NCBI GenBank assembly: GCA_964016885.1
Contig: OZ024744.1
Span: forward strand, 16,430,001-16,494,000
DNA from: Eledone cirrhosa
Lineage: Eukaryota
Direction: 5' to 3'
DNA length: 64,000 bases
Part shown: piece after piece, positions 13,301 to 25,539 of the stretch
Layout of the letters: each line of letters begins with the position of its first letter
Position numbering within the stretch: the stretch's first letter is position 1
The notes under the pieces: model-generated
Databases searched by the model: none
The model's input: the letters and a program-made list of their open reading frames with translations, nothing else
What the model was told of the DNA's origin: nothing
Position numbers and translations under genes: made by a program

Positions 13301-16300
13301 ACTGTTCAGCTGACGAATGTGTCCTGTGTATACTGTAGTACTGTGTAAAGTGTATTGTTCACCTGAAGAATGTCTCCTGTGTTTACTGTGGTACTGTGTA
13401 AAGTGTACTGTTCAGCTGAGGAATGTGTCCTGTGTTTACTGTAGTACTGTGTAAAGTGTACTGTTCAGCTGAGGAATGTGTCCTGTGTTTACTATAGTAC
13501 TGTGTACATGTACTGTTCAGCTGAAGAATGTGTCCTGTGTTTACTGTAGTACTTTGTAAAGTGTAATGTTCAGCTGAAGAATGTATCCTGTGTTTACTGT
13601 AGTACTGTGTAAAGTGTACTGTTGAGCTGAAGAATGTGTTGTGTTGACTTCAGTACTGTGTAAAGTGTACTGTTCACCTGAAGAATGTGTCCTGTGTTTA
13701 CTTTAGTACTGTGTAAAGTGTACTGTTCACCTGAAGAATATGTCCTGTGTTTACTGTTGTACTTTGTACAGTGTACTGTTCAGCTGACGAATGTGTCCTG
13801 TGTTTACTGTAGTATTGTGTAAAGTGTACTGTTCAGCTGACGAATGTGTCCTGTGTTTACTGTAGTACTGTGTATAGTGTACTGTTCACATGAAGAATGT
13901 GTCCTGTGTTTACTTAAGTACTGTGTAATGTGTACTGTTCACATGAAGAATGTGTCCTTTGTTTACTGTAGTACTGTGTAAAGTGTACTGTTCACCTGAA
14001 GAATGTGTCCTGTGTTTACTGTAGTACTGTGTAAATTGTACTGTTCACGTGAAGAATGTGTTCTGTGTTGACTGTAGTACTGTGTAAAGTGTACTGTTCC
14101 CCAGAGGAATGTTTCCTGCGTTTACTTTAGTACTGTGTAAAGTGTACTGTTCACCTGGAGAATGTGTCCTGTGTTTACTGTAGTACTGTCTAAAATGTAC
14201 TGTTCAGCTGAGGAATGTGTCCTGTGTTTACTGTAGTACTGTGTAAAATGTACTTTTCACCTGAGGAATGTGTCCTGTGTTTACTGTAGTACTGTGTAAA
14301 ATGTACTGTTCACCTGAGGAATGTGTACTGTGTTTACTGTAGTACTGTGTAAAATGTACTGTTCACCTGAGGAATGTGTCCTGTGTTTACTGTAGTACTG
14401 TGTAATGCGTACTGTTCACCTGAAGAATGTGTCCTGTGTTTACTGTAGTACTGTGTAAAATGTACTGTTCACCTGAGGAATGTGTCCTGTGTTTACTGTA
14501 GTACTGTGTAATGCGTACTGTTCAGCTGAAGAATGTGTCCTGTGTTTACTGTAGTACTGTGTAAAGTGTACTGTTCATCTGAGGAATGTGTCCTGAGTTT
14601 AGTGTAGTACTGTGTAATGTGTACTGTTCAGCTGATGAATTTGTTCTGTGTTTACTGTAGTACTGTGTAACGTGTACTGTTCACATGAAGAATGTGTCCT
14701 GTGTTTACTGTAGTACTGTGTAAAGTGTACTGTTCACCTGAAGAATCTGTCCTCTGTTTTCTGTAGTAATGTGTAAAGTGTAATGTTCAGCTGAAGAATG
14801 TGTCCTGTGTTTACTGTAGAACTGTGTACAGTGTACTGTTCAGTTGAAGAATGTGTCCCGTGTTTACTCTAGTACTGTGTAACGTGTACTGTTCACCTGA
14901 AGAAAGTGTCCTGTGTTTACTGTACTACTGTGTACAGTGTACTGTTCACCTGAAGAATGTGTCCTGTGTTTACTGTAGTACTGTTTAAAGTGTACTGTTC
15001 AGCTGAAGAATGTGTCCTGTGTTTACTGTAGTACTGTGTAACGTGTACTCTTCACCTGAAGAATGTGTCCTGTGTTTACTGTAGTACTGTGTAAAGTGTA
15101 CTGTTCACGTGAAGAATGTGTTCTGTGTTGACTGCAGTACTGTGTAAAGTGTACTGTTCAGCTGAGGAATGTGTCCTGTGTTTACTGTAGAACTGTGTAA
15201 AGTGTACTGTTCACCTGAAGAATGTGTCCTGTGTTTACTGTAGTACTGTGTAAATTGTACTGTTCACCTGAAGAATGTGTTCTGTGTTGACTGCAGTACT
15301 GTGTAAAGTGTACTGTTCACCTGAAGAATGTGTCCTGTGTTTACTGTAGTTCTGAGTAAACTGTACTGTTCACCTGAAGAATGTGTCCTGTGTTTATTGT
15401 AGTACTGTGTAAAGTGTACTGTTCAGCTGAAGAATGCGTCCTTTGTTTACTGTAGTAACGTGTAAAGTGTACTGTTCACCTGAAGAATGTGTCCTGTGTT
15501 TACTGTAGTACTGTGTAAAGTGTACTGTTCAGCTGAAGAATGTGTCCTGTGTTTACTGTAGTACTGTGTAAAGTGTACTGTTCAGCTGACGAATGGTTCC
15601 AGTATTTACTGTAGTAATGTGTAAAGTGTACTGTTCACCGGAAGTATGTGTCCTGTGTTTACTGTAGTACTGTGTAAAGTGTACTGTTCACCTGAAGAAT
15701 GTGTCCTGCGTTTACTGTAGTACTGTGTAAAGTGTACTGTTCACCTGAAGAATGTGTCCTGTGTTTACTGTGGTACTGTGTAAAGTGTACTGTTCAGCTG
15801 AAGAATGTGTCCTGTGTTTTTCTCTAGTACTGTGTAAAGTGTACTGTTCACCTGAAGAATATGTCCTCTGTTTAACATAGTAATGTGTAAAGTGTACAGT
15901 TCACCTGAAGAATGTGTCCTGTGTTTACTGTGGTAGTGTGTAACGTGTACTGTTCAGCTGAAGAATGTGTCCTGTGTTTACTGTAGTACTGTGTACAGTG
16001 TACTGTTCAGTTGAAGAATGTGTCCCGTGTTTACTGTAGTACTGTGTAACGTGTACTGTTCAGCTGAAGAATGTGTCCTGTGTTTACTGTAGTACTGTGG
16101 AAAGTGTACTCTTCACCTGAAGAATGTGTCCTGTGTTTATTGTAGTACTGTGTAAAGTGTAGTGTTCAGTTGAAGAATGTGTCCTGTGTTTACTGTAGTA
16201 ACGTGTAAAGTGTACTGTTCAGCTGACGAATGTGTCCTGTGTATACTGTAGTACTGTGTAAAGTGTACTGTTCACCTGAAGAATGTCGCCTGTGTTTACT

Positions 16301-17650
16301 GTAGTACTGTGTAAAGTGTACTGTTCACCTGAAGAATGTGACCTGTGTTTACTGTACTACTTTGTAAAGTGTAATGTTCAGCTGAAGAATGTGTCCTGTG
16401 TTTACTGTAGTACTGTGTAAAGTGTACTGTTCACCTGAAGAATGTGTCCTCTGTTTACTGTAGTACTGTGTAAAATGTACTGTTCACCTGACGAAAGTGT
16501 CCTGTGTTTACTGTAGTACTGTGTAAACTGTACTGTTCAGCTGAGGAATGTGTCTTGTGTTTACTGTAGTACTGTGTAATGTGTACTGTTCAGCTGAAGA
16601 ATGTGTCCTGTGTTTACTGTAGTACTGTGTAAAGTGTACTGTTCAGTTGAAGAAAGTGTCCTCTGTTTACTGTAGTAATGTGTGAAGTGTACTGTTCAGC
16701 TGATGAATGTGTCCTGTGTATACTGTAGTACTGTGTAAAGTGTATTGTTCACCTGAAGAATGTCTCCTGTGTTTACTGTGGTACTGTGTAAAGTGTACTG
16801 TTCACCTGAAGAATGTGTCCTGTGTTTACTGTAGTACTGTCTAAAGTGTACTGTTCACATGAAGAACGTGTCCTGTGTTTACTGTAGTACTGTGTAAAGT
16901 GTACTGTTCACGTGAAAAATGTGTCCTGTGTATACTGTAGTACTGTGTAAAGTGTACTGTTCACCTGAAGAATGTCGCCTGTGTTTACTGTAGTACTGTG
17001 TAAAGTGTAATGTTCAGCTGAAGAATGTGTCCTGTGTTTACTGTAGTACTGTGTAAAGTGTACTGTTCACCTGAAGAATGTGTCCTCTGTTTACTGTAGT
17101 ACTGTGTAAAATGTACTGTTCACCTGACGAAAGTGTCCTGTGCTTACTGTAGTACTGTGTAAACTGTACTGTTCAGCTGAGGAATGTGTCTTGTGTTTAC
17201 TGTAGTACTGTGTAAAGTGTACTGTTCAGTTGAAGAAAGTGTCCTCTGTTTTACTGTAGTAATGTGTAAAGTGTACTGTTCAGCTGACGAATGTGTCCTG
17301 TGTATACTGTAGTACTGTGTAAAGTGTATTGTTCACCTGAAGAATGTCTCCTGTGTTTACTGTGGTACTGTGTAAAGTGTACTGTTCACCTGAAGAATGT
17401 GTCCTGTGTTTACTGTAGTACTGTCTAAAGTGTACTGTTCACATGAAGAATGTGTCCTGTGTTTACTGTAGTACTGTGTAACATGTACTGTTCAGCTGAG
17501 GAATGTGTCCTGTGTTTACTGTAGTACTGTGTAAAATGTACTGTTCACCTGAGGAATGTGTCCTGTGTTTACTGTAGTACTGTGTAACATGTACTGTTCA
17601 GCTGAGGAATGTGTCCTGTGTTTACTGTAGTACTGTGTAAAATGTACTGT
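3480..17650 (+). repeat. Second-level tandem duplication of about 7.1 kb (135 monomers; the second copy lacks 3 monomers)
   Basis: The GGTTCCAGTATT marker lies at 4624, 8598, 11621 and 15595 (spacings 3974, 3023, 3974). The offset is 7156 before ~11.2 kb (GAC of GTGTGACGTG at 3698/10854) and 6997 after it (TTGAG at 6625/13622). The junction is near 10650. Confidence 0.88.
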
Positions 17651-19960
17651 TCAGCTGAGGAATGTGTCCTGTGTTTACTGTAGTACTGTGTAAAGTATAC
17701 TGTTCACCTGAAGAATGTGTCCTGCGTTTACTGTAGTACTGTGAAAAGTGTACTGTTCAGCTGAGGAATGTGTCCTGTGTTTACTGTAGTACTGTGGAAA
17801 GTGTACTGTTCAGCTGAGGAATGTGTCCTGTGTTTACTGTAGTACTGTGTAAAGTGTACTGTTCAGCTGACGAATGTGTCCTGTGTATACTGTAGTACTG
17901 TTTAAAGTGTACTGTTCAGCTGAAGAATGTGTCCTGTGTTTACTGTAGTTCTGTGTAACGTGTACTCTTCACCTGAAGAATGTGTCCTGTGTTTACTGTA
18001 GTACTGTCTAAAGTGTACTGTTCACCTGAAGAATGTGTACTGTGTTTACTGTAGTACTGTGTAAAATGTACTGTTCAGCTGAGGAATGTGTCCTGTGTTT
18101 ACTGTAGTACTGTGTAAAATGTACTGTTCACCTGAGGAATGTGTCCTGTGTTTATTGTAGTACTGTGTAACATGTACTGTTCAGCTGAGGAATGTGTCCT
18201 GTGTTTACTGTAGTACTGTGTAAAATGTACTGTTCAGCTGAGGAATGTGTCCTGTGTTTACTGTAGTACTGTGTAAAGTATACTGTTCACCTGAAGAATG
18301 TGTCCTGCGTTTACTGTAGTACTGTGTAAAATGTACTGTTCACCTGAGGAATGTGTCCTGTGTTTACTGTAGTACTGTGTAATGCGTACTGTTCAGCTGA
18401 AGAATGTGTCCTGTGTTTACTGTAGTACTGTGTAAAGTGTACTGTTCAGCTGAGGAATGTGTTCTGAGTTTACTGTAGTACTGTGTAATGTGTACTGTTC
18501 AGCTGATGAATTTGTTCTGTGTTTACTGTAGTACTGTGTAAAGTGTACTGTTCACATGAAGAATGTGTCCTGTGTTTACTGTAGTACTGTGTAAAGTGTA
18601 CTGTTCACCTGAAGAATGTGTCCTCTGTTTTCTGTAGTAATGTGTAAAGTGTAATGTTCAGCTGAAGAATGTGTCCTGTGTATACTGTAATACTGTGTAA
18701 AGTGTACTGTTCACCTGAAGAATGTGTCCTGTGTTTACTGTAGTACTGTTTAAAGTGTACTGTTCAGCTGAAGAATGTGTCCTGTGTTTACTGTAGTACT
18801 GTGTAACGTGTACTCTTCACCTGAAGAATGTGTCCTGTGTTTAGTGTAGTAATGTGTACATGTACTGTTCACCTGAATAATGTGTCCTGTGTTTACTGTA
18901 GTACCGTGTAAGGTGTACTGTTCAGCTGAGGAATGTGTCCTGTTTTTACCGTGGTACTGTGTAAAGTGTACTGTTCAGCTGAAGAATGTGTCCTGTGTTT
19001 ACTGTAGTACTGTGTAAAGTGTACTGTTCACGTGAAGAATGTGTTCTGTGTTGACTGCAGTACTGTGTAAAGTGTACTGTTCAGCTGAGGAATGTGTCCT
19101 GTGTTTACTGTGGTACTGTGTAAAGTGTACTGTTCAGCTGAAGAATGTGTCCTGTGTTTACTGTAGAACTGTGTATAGTGTACTGTTCACCTGAAGAATG
19201 TGTCCTGTGTTTACTGTAGTACTGTGTAAATTGTACTGTTCACCTGAAGAATGTGTTCTGTGTTGACTGCAGTACTGTGTAAAGTGTACTGTTCACCTGA
19301 AGAATGTGTCCTGTGTTTACTGTAGTACTGTGTAAAGTGTACTGTTCACCTGAAGAATATGTCCTGTGTTTACTGTATTACTGTGTAAATTGTACTGTAC
19401 ACGTGAAGAATGTGTTCTGTGTTGACTGTAGTACTGTGTAAAGTGTACTGTTCAGCGGAGGAATGTTTCCTGCGTTTACTTTAGTACTGTGTAAAGTGTA
19501 CTGTTCACGTGAAGAATGTGTACTGTGTTGACTGTAGTACTGTGTAAAGTGTACTGTTCACCTGAAGAATGTGTCCTGTGTCTACTGTAGTACTGTGTAA
19601 CGTGTACTGTTCACCTGGAGAATGTGTCCTGTGTTTACTGTAGTACTGTGTAAAGTGTACTGTTCACCTGAAGAATGTGTCCTGTGTTTATTGTAGTACT
19701 GTGTAAAGTGTACTGTTCAGCTGAAGAATGTGTCCTGTGTTTACTGTAGTACTGTGTAAAGTGTACTGTTCAGCAGAGGAATGTGTTCTGAGTTTACTGT
19801 AGTACTGTGTAATGTGTACTGTTCAGCTGATGAATTTGTACTGTGTTTACTGTAGTACTGTGTAAAGTGTACTGTTCACATGAAGAATGTGTCCTGTGTT
19901 TACTGTAGTACTGTGTAAAGTGTACTGTTCACCTGAAGAATGTGTCCTCTGTTTTCTGTA

Positions 19961-22500
19961 GTAATGTGTAAAGTGTAATGTTCAGCTGAAGAATGTGTCC
20001 TCTGTATACTGTAATACTGTGTAAAGTGTACTGTTCACCTGAAGAATGTCTCCTGTGTTTACTGTAGTACTGTGTAAAATGTACTGTTCACCTGAAGAAT
20101 TTGTCGTGTTTACTATAGTACTGTGTGTAGTGTACTGTTCACCTGAAGAATGTGTCCTGTGTTTACTGTAGTACTGTGTAAAGTGTACTGTTCAGCTGAA
20201 GAATGTGTCCTGTGTTTACTGTAGAACTGTGTACAGTGTACTGTTCAGTTGCAGAATGTGTCCCGTGTTTACTCTAGTACTGTGTAACGTGTACTGTTCA
20301 CCTGATGAAAGTGTCCTGTGTTTACTGTAGTACTGTGTACAGTGTACTGTTCACCTGAAGAATGTGTCCTGTGTTTACTGTAGTACTGTTTAAAGTGTAC
20401 TGTTCAGCTGAAGAATGTGTCCTGTGTTTACTGTAGTACTGTGTAACGTGTACTCTTCACCTGAAGAATGTGTCCTGTGTTTCCTGTAGTACCGTGTAAG
20501 GTGTACTGTTCAGCTGAGGAATGTGTCCTGTGTTTACCGTGGTACTGTGTAAAGTGTACTGTTCAGCTGAAGAATGTGTCCTGTGTTTACTGTAGTACTG
20601 TGTAAAGTGTACTGTTCACGTGAAGAATGTGTTCTGTGTTGACTGCATTTCTGTGTAAAGTGTACTGTTCAGCTGAGGAATGTGTCCTGTGTTTACTGTA
20701 GAACTGTGTAAAGTGTACTGTTCACCTGAAGAATGTGTCCTGTGTTTACTGTAGTACTGTGTAAATTGTACTGTTCACCTGAAGAATGTGTTCTGTGTTG
20801 ACTGCAGTACTGTGTAAAGTGTACTGTTCACCTGAAGAATGTGTTCTGTGTTGATTGCAGTACTGTGTAAAGTGTACTGTTCACCTGAAGAATGTGTCCT
20901 GTGTTTACTGTAGTACTGTGTAAAGTGTACTGTTCACCTGAAGAATATGTCCTGTGTTTACTGTATTACTGTGTAAATTGTGCTGTACACGTGAAGAATG
21001 TGTTCTGTGTTGACTGTAGTACTGTGTAAAGTGTACTGTTCAGCTGAGGAATGTTTTCTGCGTTTACTTTAGTACTGTGTAAAGTGTACTGTTCACGTGA
21101 AGAATGTGTTCTGTGTTGACTGTAGTACCGTGTAAAGTGTACTGTTCACCTGAAGAATGTGTCCTGTGTTTACTGTAGTACTGTGTAACGTGTACTGTTC
21201 ACCTGAAGAATGTGTCCTGTGTTTACTGTAGTAATGTGTAAAGTGTAATGTTCAGCTGAAGAATGTGTCCTCTGTATACTGTAATACTGTGTAAAGTGTA
21301 CTGTTCACCTGAAGAATGTCTCCTGTGTTTACTGTAGTACTGTGTAAAATGTACTGTTCACCTGAAGAATTTGTCGTGTTTACTATAGTACTGTGTGTAG
21401 TGTACTGTTCACCTGAAGAATGTGTCCTGTGTTTACTGTAGTACTGTGTAAAGTGTACTGTTCAGCTGAAGAATGTGTCCTGTGTTTACTGTAGAACTGT
21501 GTACAGTGTACTGTTCAGTTGCAGAATGTGTCCCGTGTTTACTCTAGTACTGTGTAACGTGTACTGTTCACCTGATGAAAGTGTCCTGTGTTTACTGTAG
21601 TACTGTGTACAGTGTACTGTTCACCTGAAGAATGTGTCCTGTGTTTACTGTAGTACTGTTTAAAGTGTACTGTTCAGCTGAAGAATGTGTCCTGTGTTTA
21701 CTGTAGTACTGTGTAACGTGTACTCTTCACCTGAAGAATGTGTCCTGTGTTTCCTGTAGTACCGTGTAAGGTGTACTGTTCAGCTGAGGAATGTGTCCTG
21801 TGTTTACCGTGGTACTGTGTAAAGTGTACTGTTCAGCTGAAGAATGTGTCCTGTGTTTACTGTAGTACTGTGTAAAGTGTACTGTTCACGTGAAGAATGT
21901 GTTCTGTGTTGACTGCATTTCTGTGTAAAGTGTACTGTTCAGCTGAGGAATGTGTCCTGTGTTTACTGTAGAACTGTGTAAAGTGTACTGTTCACCTGAA
22001 GAATGTGTCCTGTGTTTACTGTAGTACTGTGTAAATTGTACTGTTCACCTGAAGAATGTGTTCTGTGTTGACTGCAGTACTGTGTAAAGTGTACTGTTCA
22101 CCTGAAGAATGTGTTCTGTGTTGATTGCAGTACTGTGTAAAGTGTACTGTTCACCTGAAGAATGTGTCCTGTGTTTACTGTAGTACTGTGTAAAGTGTAC
22201 TGTTCACCTGAAGAATATGTCCTGTGTTTACTGTATTACTGTGTAAATTGTGCTGTACACGTGAAGAATGTGTTCTGTGTTGACTGTAGTACTGTGTAAA
22301 GTGTACTGTTCAGCTGAGGAATGTTTTCTGCGTTTACTTTAGTACTGTGTAAAGTGTACTGTTCACGTGAAGAATGTGTTCTGTGTTGACTGTAGTACCG
22401 TGTAAAGTGTACTGTTCACCTGAAGAATGTGTCCTGTGTTTACTGTAGTACTGTGTAACGTGTACTGTTCACCTGAAGAATGTGTCCTGTGTTTACTGTA
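19961..22500 (+). repeat. Apparently perfect tandem duplication with a 1270-bp unit (24 monomers, one carrying a 2-bp deletion)
   Basis: TTGTCGTGTTTACTATAG occurs at 20101/21371 and GTAATGTGTAAAGTGTAATG at 19961/21231. The private variants GACTGCATTTCT and TTGATTGCAG are in both copies. Confidence 0.92.
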
Positions 22501-25500
22501 GTACTGTGTAAAGTGTACTGTTCACCTGAAGAATGTGTCCTGTGTTTAATGTAGTACTGTGTAAAGTGTACTGTTCAGCTGAAGAATGTGTCCTCTGTTT
22601 ACTGTAGTAACGTGTAAAGTGTACTGTTCACCTGAAGAATGTGTCCTGTGTTTACTGTAGTACTGTGTAAAGTGTACTGTTCACCTGAAGAAAGTGTCCT
22701 GTGTTTACTGTAGTACTGTGTAAAGTGTACTGTTCAGCTGACGAATGGTTCCTGTATTTACTGTAGTAATGTGTAAAGTGTACTGTTCACCTGAAGTATG
22801 TGTCCTGTGTTTACTGTAGTACTGTGTAAAGTGTACTGTTCACCTGAAGAATGTGTCCTGTGTTTACTGTAGTACTGTGTAAGGTGTACTGTTCACCTGA
22901 AGAATGTGTCCTGTGTTTACTGTGGTACTGTGTAAAGTGTACTGTTCAGCTGAAGAATGTGTCCTGTGTTTACTCTAGTACTGTGTAAAGTGTACTGTTC
23001 ACCTGAAGAATGTGTCCTGTGTTTACTGTGGTACTGTGTAAAGTGTACTGTTCAGCTGAAGAATGTATCCTGTGTTTACTGTAGTACTGTGTACAGTGTA
23101 CTGTTCAGTTGAAGAATGTGTCCCTTGTTTACTGTAGTACTGTGTAAAGTGTAATGTTCACCTGAAGAATGTGTCCTGTGTTTACTGTAGTACTTTGTAA
23201 AGTGTACTGTTCACCTGAAGATTGTGTCCTGTGTTTACTGTAGTAACCTGTAAAGTGTACTGTTCACCTGAAGAATGTGCCCTGTGTTTACTGTAGTACT
23301 GTGTAAAGTGTACTGTTCAGCTGACGAATGTGTCCTGTGTTTACTGTTGTAGTGTGTAAAGTGTACTGTTCACCTGAAGAAAGTGTCCTGTGTTTACTGT
23401 AGTACTGTGTGAAGTGTATTGTTCAGCTGACGAATGGTTCCTGTATTTACTGTAGTAATGTGTAAAGTGTACTGTTCACCTGAAGTATGTGTCCTGTGTT
23501 TACTGTAGTACTGTGTAAAGTGTACTGTTCACCTGAAGAATGTGTCCTGTGTTTATTGTAGTACTGTGTAAAGTGTACTGTTCAGTTGAAGAATGTGTCC
23601 TGTGTTTACTGTAGTAACGTGTAAAGTGTACTGTTCAGCTGACGAATGTGTCCAGTGTATACTGTAGTACTGTGTAAAGTGTACTGTTCACCTGAAGAAT
23701 GTCTCCTGTGTTTACTGTAGTACTGTGTAAAGTGTACTGTTCACCTGAAGAATGTGTCCTGTGTTTACTGTAGTACTGTGTAAAGTGTACTGTTCACCTG
23801 AAGAATGTGTCGTCTGTTTACTGTAGTACTGTGTAAAATGTACTGTTCTCCTGACGAAAGTGTCCTGTGTTTACTGTAGTACTGTGTAAACTGTACTGTT
23901 CAGCTGAGGAATGTGTCCTGTGTTTACTGTAGTAGTGTGTAAAGTGTACTGTTCACCTGAAAAATGTGTCCTGTGTTTACTATCGTACTGTGTAAAGTGT
24001 ACTGTTCAGTTGAAGAAAGTGTCCTCTGTTTACTGTAGTAACGTGTAAAGTGTACTGTTCAGCTGAAGAATGTCTCCTGTGTTTACTGTAGTACTGTGTA
24101 AAGTGTACTGTTCACCTGAAGAATTTGTCCTGTGTTTACTGTAGTACTGTGTAAAGTGTACTGTTCACCTGAAGAATGTGTCCTGTGTTTACTGTAGTAC
24201 TGTGTAAAGTATAATGTTTAGCTGAAGAAAGTGTCCTGTGTTTACTGTAGTAATGTGTAAAGTGTACTGTTCATTTCAAGAATATATCCTGTGTTTACTG
24301 TAGTACTGTGTAAAAGTGTACTGTTCTGCTGAAGAATGTGTCCTGTGTTTACTGTAGTACTGTGTAATGTGTACTCTTCCTCTGAAGAATGTGTCCTGTG
24401 TTTACTGTAGTACTGTGTGAATTGTACTGTTCACCTGAAGAATATGTCGTGTGTTTACTGTAGTACCGTGCAAAGTGTACTGTTGACCTGAAGAATGTGT
24501 CCTGTGTTTACTGTAGTACTGTGTAACGTGTACTGTTCACCTGAAGAATGTGTCCTGTGTTTACTCTAGTACTGTGTAAAGTGTACTGTTCACCTGAAGA
24601 ATATGTCCTCTGTTTAACATAGTAATGTGTAAAGTGTACTCTTCACCTGAAGAATGTGTCCTGTGTTTGCTGCAGTACTGTGTAAAGTGTACCGTTCAGC
24701 TGAAGAATGTGTCCTGTGTTTACTGTAGCACTGTGTAAAGTATACTGTTCACCTGAAGAATGTGTCCTGTGTTTACTGTAGTAATGTGTAAAGTGTACTG
24801 TTCACCTGAAGAATGTGTCCTGTGTTTACTGTAGTACTGTGTAAAGTGTACTGTTCACATGAAGAATGTGTCCTGTGTTTATTGTAGTACGGTGTAAAAT
24901 GTAGTGTTCAGCTGAAGAATGTGTTCTGTGTTTAATGTAGGACTGTGTAAATTGTACTGTTCACCTGAAAAATGTGTCCTGTGTTTACTGTAGTACTGTG
25001 TAAAGTGTACAGTTCACCTTAAGAACGTGTCCCATGTTTACTGTAGTACTGTGTAAAGTGTACTGTTCACCTGAAGAACGAGTCCTGTGTTTACTGTAGT
25101 ACTGTGTAAAGTGTACTGTTCACCTGAAGAATATGTCCCGTGTTTTCTGTAGTACTGTGTAAAGTGTACTGTTCACCTGAAGAATGTGTCCTGTGTTTAC
25201 TGTAGTACTGTGTAAAGTGTACTGTTTAGCTGAAGAATATGTCCAGTGTTTACTGTAGTACTCTGTAAAGTGTACTGTTCACCTGACGAAAATGTCCTGT
25301 GTTTACTGTAGTACTGTGTAAAGTGTACTGTTCAGCAGATGAATGTGTCCTGTGTTTACTGTAGTAGTGTGTAAAGTGTACTGTTCAGCTGAGGAATGTG
25401 TCCTGTGTTTATTGTAGTACTGTGTAAAGTACTTTTCAGCTGAAGAATGTGTCCTCTGTTTACTGTAGTACCGTGTAAAGTGTACTGTTCAGCTGAAGAA

Positions 25501-25539
25501 TGTGTCCTGTGTTTACTGTAGTACTGTGTAAAGTGTACT

